Source of the DNA: Dehalococcoidia bacterium
GTDB lineage: Bacteria; Chloroflexota; Dehalococcoidia; UBA2979
Reading direction: 5' to 3'
NCBI GenBank assembly: GCA_963667465.2
Contig: CAXXDN010000001.1
Coordinates: 224,001-288,000, forward strand
Length of the DNA stretch: 64,000 nt
Part shown: piece after piece, positions 59,728 to 64,000 of the stretch
Position numbering within the stretch: the stretch's first letter is position 1
Layout: the number at the start of each line of letters is the position of its first letter
Position numbers and translations under genes: made by a program
Notes under the pieces: generated by a model
Told to the model about the DNA's origin: nothing
The model's database searches: none
What the model saw: the letters and a program-made list of their open reading frames with translations, nothing else

Positions 59728-60975
59728 CTAGATCACTCCGTCGCGGCGCAGCGCCTCGAGCTCGTCCGCAGCGAGGCCGAGGGCGCCGTAGACCTCGGCG
59801 TTGTGTTCGCCGGTGAGCGGGGCGCGGCGAGTCGCGCCGAGCGGGGTCTCGGACCAGATGCCCCAGGCGCCGGAGTAGCGGAAGCGCTCACCAAGCTCGG
59901 GGTGCTCGATCTCCTGCCAGTAGCCGCGGTCCTCCCAGTGCGGGTCGGGGAGGATCTCGTCGAGGCTGCGTACCGCGCCCCAGGCGTGCCCGCGCTCCTG
60001 CGCGCCCCGGTAGGCCTCCTCGGCGGGCACATTCGGGAAGAAGTCACGCAGCACGTCGCTGATGTGGTTCTGCTCCTCCACGATCTGCTGCTGGTCGGCG
60101 AAACGCTCGTCCAGCAGGTCGTCCGCCGCGCCGTACTGGTCCAGCCACTCGCCGATGCTGAGGAGCTGCTCGGGCGAGAGCCGCTGGTTGAACATCGCGT
60201 TCACGTACTTGCCGTCGGCGCACTGGAACTGCGTGCGCGGGCGCGGCAACGACCAGGCGGCGTGGCGGCCCGTCTGCCGCCGCAGCTCGCGCCCGGTGGC
60301 GAAGTAGATCGGCACCGCCATCTCCGTGGTCAGCGCGCAGGCGTCGTGGATCGAGACGTCGAGGAACTGCCCCTCGCCCGTGAACTCACGATCGAGCAGC
60401 GCCGTGGCGATCGCCAGCAGCGCGTAGTGGCCGCCGATGTGCCAGGCGTTGCCCCCACCCGGCGCGATCGGAGGGGCGTCGGGCGCCTCGTCTTCGTCGT
60501 AGCCGGAGGAGGCCATCTGCCCTCCGGCGGCCATGTGCACGAGGTCCGTCGCGATGTAGTCGCGCCACGGCCCGTCCTGCCCGAACGGCGAGAGCGAGCA
60601 GTAGACCAGCTCCGGGTCCGCGCCTCGCAGCTCCTCTGGCCCGAGGCCGAGTGCCGGCAGGGTGCCCGGGCGCGTGGTCTCCAGCAGCACGTCGGCCCCG
60701 CCGACCAGCGTGCGGAACAGCTCCGCGCCGCGCGGGTCCTCGAGGTCCAGCGTGACGCCGCGCTTGCCGCAGTTGTAGTGCCAGAAGGAGAGCGAGCGCT
60801 CGCGGTGCGGCTCGTCGCGGTAGTACGGGCCCACCTCGCGCTCGTCCGAGCCGCCGGGCGGCTCGACCTTGATCACGTCGGCGCCCAGCTCGGCGAGCAG
60901 GCGGCCGCACCAGCGGCTCGCCTCGCCTCCAAGCTCGACGACGCGCAGGTCGGCAAAGGGCAGATCCCCGCTCAT
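59728..60975 (-). CDS. CaiB/BaiF CoA-transferase (BbsE-like subunit)
   Basis: LGADVIKVEPPGG, YNCGKRGVTLDL, SPFGQDGPW. Confidence 0.9.
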   Translation of the reverse strand: MSGDLPFADLRVVELGGEASRWCGRLLAELGADVIKVEPPGGSDEREVGPYYRDEPHRERSLSFWHYNCGKRGVTLDLEDPRGAELFRTLVGGADVLLETTRPGTLPALGLGPEELRGADPELVYCSLSPFGQDGPWRDYIATDLVHMAAGGQMASSGYDEDEAPDAPPIAPGGGNAWHIGGHYALLAIATALLDREFTGEGQFLDVSIHDACALTTEMAVPIYFATGRELRRQTGRHAAWSLPRPRTQFQCADGKYVNAMFNQRLSPEQLLSIGEWLDQYGAADDLLDERFADQQQIVEEQNHISDVLRDFFPNVPAEEAYRGAQERGHAWGAVRSLDEILPDPHWEDRGYWQEIEHPELGERFRYSGAWGIWSETPLGATRRAPLTGEHNAEVYGALGLAADELEALRRDGVI

Positions 60976-62333
60976 GGCATCTCCTCCGTCCCGGCCTCCG
61001 CGGCCTCGTCGAGCAGGTAGGGCTCGAGCGGCTCGCTCGGCGGCCAGAGCCAGCCGTCCTCGTAGCCGCCGCGCAGCTCCTCCTCGCTCAGGCCGAGCAT
61101 GCCGCACAGCACCTCGCGGTTGTGCTGGCCGGCAAACGGCGCGACGCGCCGCGCCGTGGTCTCGTTCACCGCGGACTGCCACGGCAGGTTCTGGTAGCCC
61201 CGCTCGCCCAGCACCGGGTGATCGTGATGTGTGAAGAGGCCGCGCTCGCGGATCTGCGGGTCGTGCTCGACGCGGTTCTCGTTGCTCTGCACGGGCATCG
61301 CCGGGACGCCAGCCGCCTGGCAGCGCTCGGCCAGCTCGTACTTGCCGAGGGTCAGTGTCCACGCCTCGATCTGTTCGTCGAGCTCCTCCTGGTGCTCAAG
61401 CCGGCCCGCGAGGCCGTCGAAGCGCGCAGCGCCGGCCCAGTCGGGCGAACCCATCGCCTCACGGAGCGCCTGCCAGTCGGCGTCGTCGCGGCAGACGATG
61501 GCGCACCAGTCGTTGTAGCCGCCGCCCTTCGTGCGGTAGGCGTTGTGCGGTGCGGCGATGGCGCCGCGGTAGTTGTGCAGCAGCGGCGTGCCGGGCCAGT
61601 GCGCGCGGTTGCCGGGCGGGAAGCCCTCGCGGCGGGCGGGCCGCCCGTTCACCGTCGCGTCGAGGATCGCGGAGCCCGCGAGGCCGATCCCAAGCCCGGC
61701 CTGCGAAACATCGATGTGCTGGCCGCGCCCGGTGCGCCTGCGCTGCCGCAGCGCGCTGAGGATTGCGATCGCGCCGAAGATGCCCCCCGTGTCATCGAGG
61801 TAGGACCAGCCCCAGCCTGCGGGCGGCCGGTCCGGCAACCCGGAGAGAAACGTCAGCCCGGAGAGCGCCTGCGCGCTCGGTCCGAAGGTGCGGTAGGGGT
61901 GATCGCGGCCGCTGTGGCCGAGTCCGGACATTGAGACGTAGACCAGTCCGGGGTTGAGTTCGCGCAGCTGCTCGTAGCCGAGGCCCCAGCGCTGCATCAC
62001 GCGTGAGGTGAAGTTCTCCAGCACCGCGTCGGACTCTGCGAGCAGCCGCCTCAGCAGCTCACGCGCGCGCTCGTCGCGCAGGTTCATCGTGACGCTGCGC
62101 TTGTCCATGTGCTTCTCGACGAACCAGTGATTGCCTTCGAGGCTCGGTACGGCGTCCTCTGGCATCCCGACCGTGGTGAAGCGATCCTGGTGGTGGACCG
62201 TCCCGCGCTGCGGCCACTCCACCTTGATCACGTCCGCCCCGAGCGTCGCGAGGATGCGTGTCGCCCACGGCCCCGCGCGCACCCAGCTGAGGTCGACGAT
62301 GCGCATGCCCTCGAGCGCGAGTCGCTTCGTCAT
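60972..62333 (-). CDS. CaiB/BaiF CoA-transferase (BbsF-like subunit)
   Basis: WVRAGP, LGADVIKVE, ENFT, WSYLDDTGG. Confidence 0.9.
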   Translation of the reverse strand: MTKRLALEGMRIVDLSWVRAGPWATRILATLGADVIKVEWPQRGTVHHQDRFTTVGMPEDAVPSLEGNHWFVEKHMDKRSVTMNLRDERARELLRRLLAESDAVLENFTSRVMQRWGLGYEQLRELNPGLVYVSMSGLGHSGRDHPYRTFGPSAQALSGLTFLSGLPDRPPAGWGWSYLDDTGGIFGAIAILSALRQRRRTGRGQHIDVSQAGLGIGLAGSAILDATVNGRPARREGFPPGNRAHWPGTPLLHNYRGAIAAPHNAYRTKGGGYNDWCAIVCRDDADWQALREAMGSPDWAGAARFDGLAGRLEHQEELDEQIEAWTLTLGKYELAERCQAAGVPAMPVQSNENRVEHDPQIRERGLFTHHDHPVLGERGYQNLPWQSAVNETTARRVAPFAGQHNREVLCGMLGLSEEELRGGYEDGWLWPPSEPLEPYLLDEAAEAGTEEMP

Positions 62334-62347
62334 GCCGGCGCCTCCGA

Positions 62348-62836
62348 TCACTCCAGCCCGGCGTCGAGCCGCCACACCGTGGCGCCCTCGGGTGTATCGA
62401 GGGCGCGCCAGGCGGGCACGGTGTAGGCGCCGTCCGGCGCTTCCTCCCAGGCGACCTCGACCGCGATGCCCACTCCCGCCGCGTCCTCGCCGTCGAGCAG
62501 CAGCCCGGCCAGGCGCACGGGCTCGCCGTCCTCGTTCGCGCAGTCCGGCAGCTCGACGAGGGCGACGACGTAGGGGGCGGCGGGGCGGAAGGCGGGGAGC
62601 ACCGAGTGCGCGACGACCACGTAGCTGGCGATCACGCCCCGGCCCTCGGCCTCGTGCCAGGTGAGGTCGAAGGAGCGGCAGCGAGGGCAGAGCGGCGCGG
62701 GCGGATACCAGCGCTGCCCGCAGTCGCTGCAGGCCCTCACGAGCAGCCGCTGCTCGCGCGCCGCCGCCCAGAACTCCTCCGAGTCCGGGTCCGGCTGCAG
62801 CGTGATCAGCGAGTAGTCGACGGCTCCCTGCACCAT
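62348..62836 (-). CDS. DUF35 family Zn-ribbon/OB-fold protein
   Basis: FWAAARE..CSDCG..CPRC..G.IASY..PYVVALVEL. Confidence 0.9.
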   Translation of the reverse strand: MVQGAVDYSLITLQPDPDSEEFWAAAREQRLLVRACSDCGQRWYPPAPLCPRCRSFDLTWHEAEGRGVIASYVVVAHSVLPAFRPAAPYVVALVELPDCANEDGEPVRLAGLLLDGEDAAGVGIAVEVAWEEAPDGAYTVPAWRALDTPEGATVWRLDAGLE

Positions 62837-62852
62837 TGCTCCTCGTACTGCT

Positions 62853-62887
62853 CCTGTCCTGTCCCTGTCCTGTCCCTGTCCTGTCCC
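62853..62887. repeat. 11-bp tandem repeat (CCTGTCCTGTC)x3
   Basis: Exact copies at 62853, 62864 and 62875. Confidence 0.85.
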
Positions 62888-62895
62888 GGCCGTTC

Positions 62896-64000
62896 CTAGC
62901 GCCGCAGCACCACGGTCCAGCCCTGCTGCGCCCCGCCGCCGCCCGCACAGAAGGCGACGCTCGGCGGGCTCGGGTGCTCGACCGGCTCGCCACGCGCGCG
63001 GCGGCGGCGATCGGCGCGCGCGAGGGCCTGGCGACAGCCCAGCGCGCGGTCATGCGTGTGCTCGCCCTGCCGCCAGCCCTCGCACAGGTCGTCGGTGCGG
63101 CCGCGCAGCTGGCGCGCGCTCTCGATCAGGTAGCCGATGCCGTGCGCATAGCCCTCGGAGAGCTGGCCGCCGTTGGTGTTCTGCGGCAACTCGCCATCGA
63201 GGTGGATACGCCCGCCGCCGACGAAGTCACCGCCCTCGCCCTCGCCGCAGAAGCCGAGCGCCTCCAGGTACATCATCGGAGTGGTGGTGAAGTTGTCGTA
63301 CATCGTCACGATGTCGACGTCCTCGGGGCCGATGCCGGCGCTGCCGAAGGAGCGCTCCCGGACGAACTTGCCCCAGCCCTCGGTCATGTCGGGGCGGCCC
63401 CAGGTCCAGTTCGGGTTATGGGTGGAGGCGCGCGCGCAGCCGCCCATGATGTAGACCGGCGGCTGCTCGAGGTCAGCGGCGCGCTCCGCCGAGGTAACGA
63501 TCAGCGCTCCCGCCACGTCGTTCTCCTGGCAGCAGTCGAGCAGCCGGAACGGCTTGGCGATCCAGCGTGAGTTCTGGTGGTCGTCGATGCTGATCGCCTC
63601 GCTGCGCGTCGCCTTCGGGTTGAGCGTCGCGGCGAAGCGCTGCGTCACGGCGAGGTCGGCCATGTGCCTCGTGTTGTAGCCGTAGCGCTGGAGGTAGGAC
63701 ATCGCCTCGAAAGCGTAAATCGTGGGCGCGCCGCGGATGCCGAACGGAACCTGGTACTGCCCACGTCCCGCGGCGGCGACCGTCTGCGGCCTCGGCGCCT
63801 CGCCGCCGCGCAGCGCGGCGCCGCCGCCCATGCGCAGGCCGGAGCGCCCGTTCATCGAGCGCCAGATTGCCACCGTCTCGCAGTAGCCGGCCTCGATCAG
63901 CGCGATCGACTGCGCGACGAGCTGCCCGATGCTGTTGCCGCCGCCGAGGATGTCGACACCCATGTTGGTGCGGATGCCGAGCGCCGAGGCGACCTCGGCG
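62896..64000 (-). CDS. Thiolase-like (SCP-x/Ltp2-type) protein, N-terminus outside window
   Basis: PFRLLDCCQENDVAGA, YDNFT, LEALGFCGEGEG, NTNGGQLSEGY; the frame stays open to the window end. Confidence 0.88.
   Translation of the reverse strand, partial: AEVASALGIRTNMGVDILGGGNSIGQLVAQSIALIEAGYCETVAIWRSMNGRSGLRMGGGAALRGGEAPRPQTVAAAGRGQYQVPFGIRGAPTIYAFEAMSYLQRYGYNTRHMADLAVTQRFAATLNPKATRSEAISIDDHQNSRWIAKPFRLLDCCQENDVAGALIVTSAERAADLEQPPVYIMGGCARASTHNPNWTWGRPDMTEGWGKFVRERSFGSAGIGPEDVDIVTMYDNFTTTPMMYLEALGFCGEGEGGDFVGGGRIHLDGELPQNTNGGQLSEGYAHGIGYLIESARQLRGRTDDLCEGWRQGEHTHDRALGCRQALARADRRRRARGEPVEHPSPPSVAFCAGGGGAQQGWTVVLRR

Overview
A high-GC, largely core-genome window. Gene content suggests Chloroflexota, probably Dehalococcoidia-like; this is inferred from F420-type LLMs, CaiB/thiolase clusters and a split PntA. 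From left to right it holds: the left end of an IS110-family element abutting a REP-like repeat; ispD-ispF-cysE-cysS and pntAB interrupted by three type II toxin-antitoxin cassettes; tRNA-Thr/Tyr/Thr-tuf-rpmG-secE-nusG-rplKAJL, not followed by rpoB; radC, cvpA, HNH, ridA, PSP1, holB, lysA and Fic; MFS and LLM genes with tRNA-Thr(CGT); katG facing a peroxiredoxin that the ORF track missed because it has an in-frame UGA (selenocysteine); a 952-aa modular secreted protein; the origin-type block rpmH-rnpA-yidD-parS-beta-propeller lipoprotein-yidC-jag-pfkB-parA-parB, without dnaA; and an acyl-CoA catabolic cluster. The strongest leads are: a DUF1059-like Cys/His metal-binding domain inserted into the YidC cytoplasmic hairpin; the Sec-peroxiredoxin with a SECIS-like hairpin; an IS110 bridge-RNA region whose putative guides match the element end and the flanking REP; the duplicated ~330-360-aa unknown module in the large secreted protein; and an orphan structured RNA next to a TA cassette. 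No CRISPR array, rRNA or prophage is seen. All family calls come from motif recognition by eye, not from database searches.
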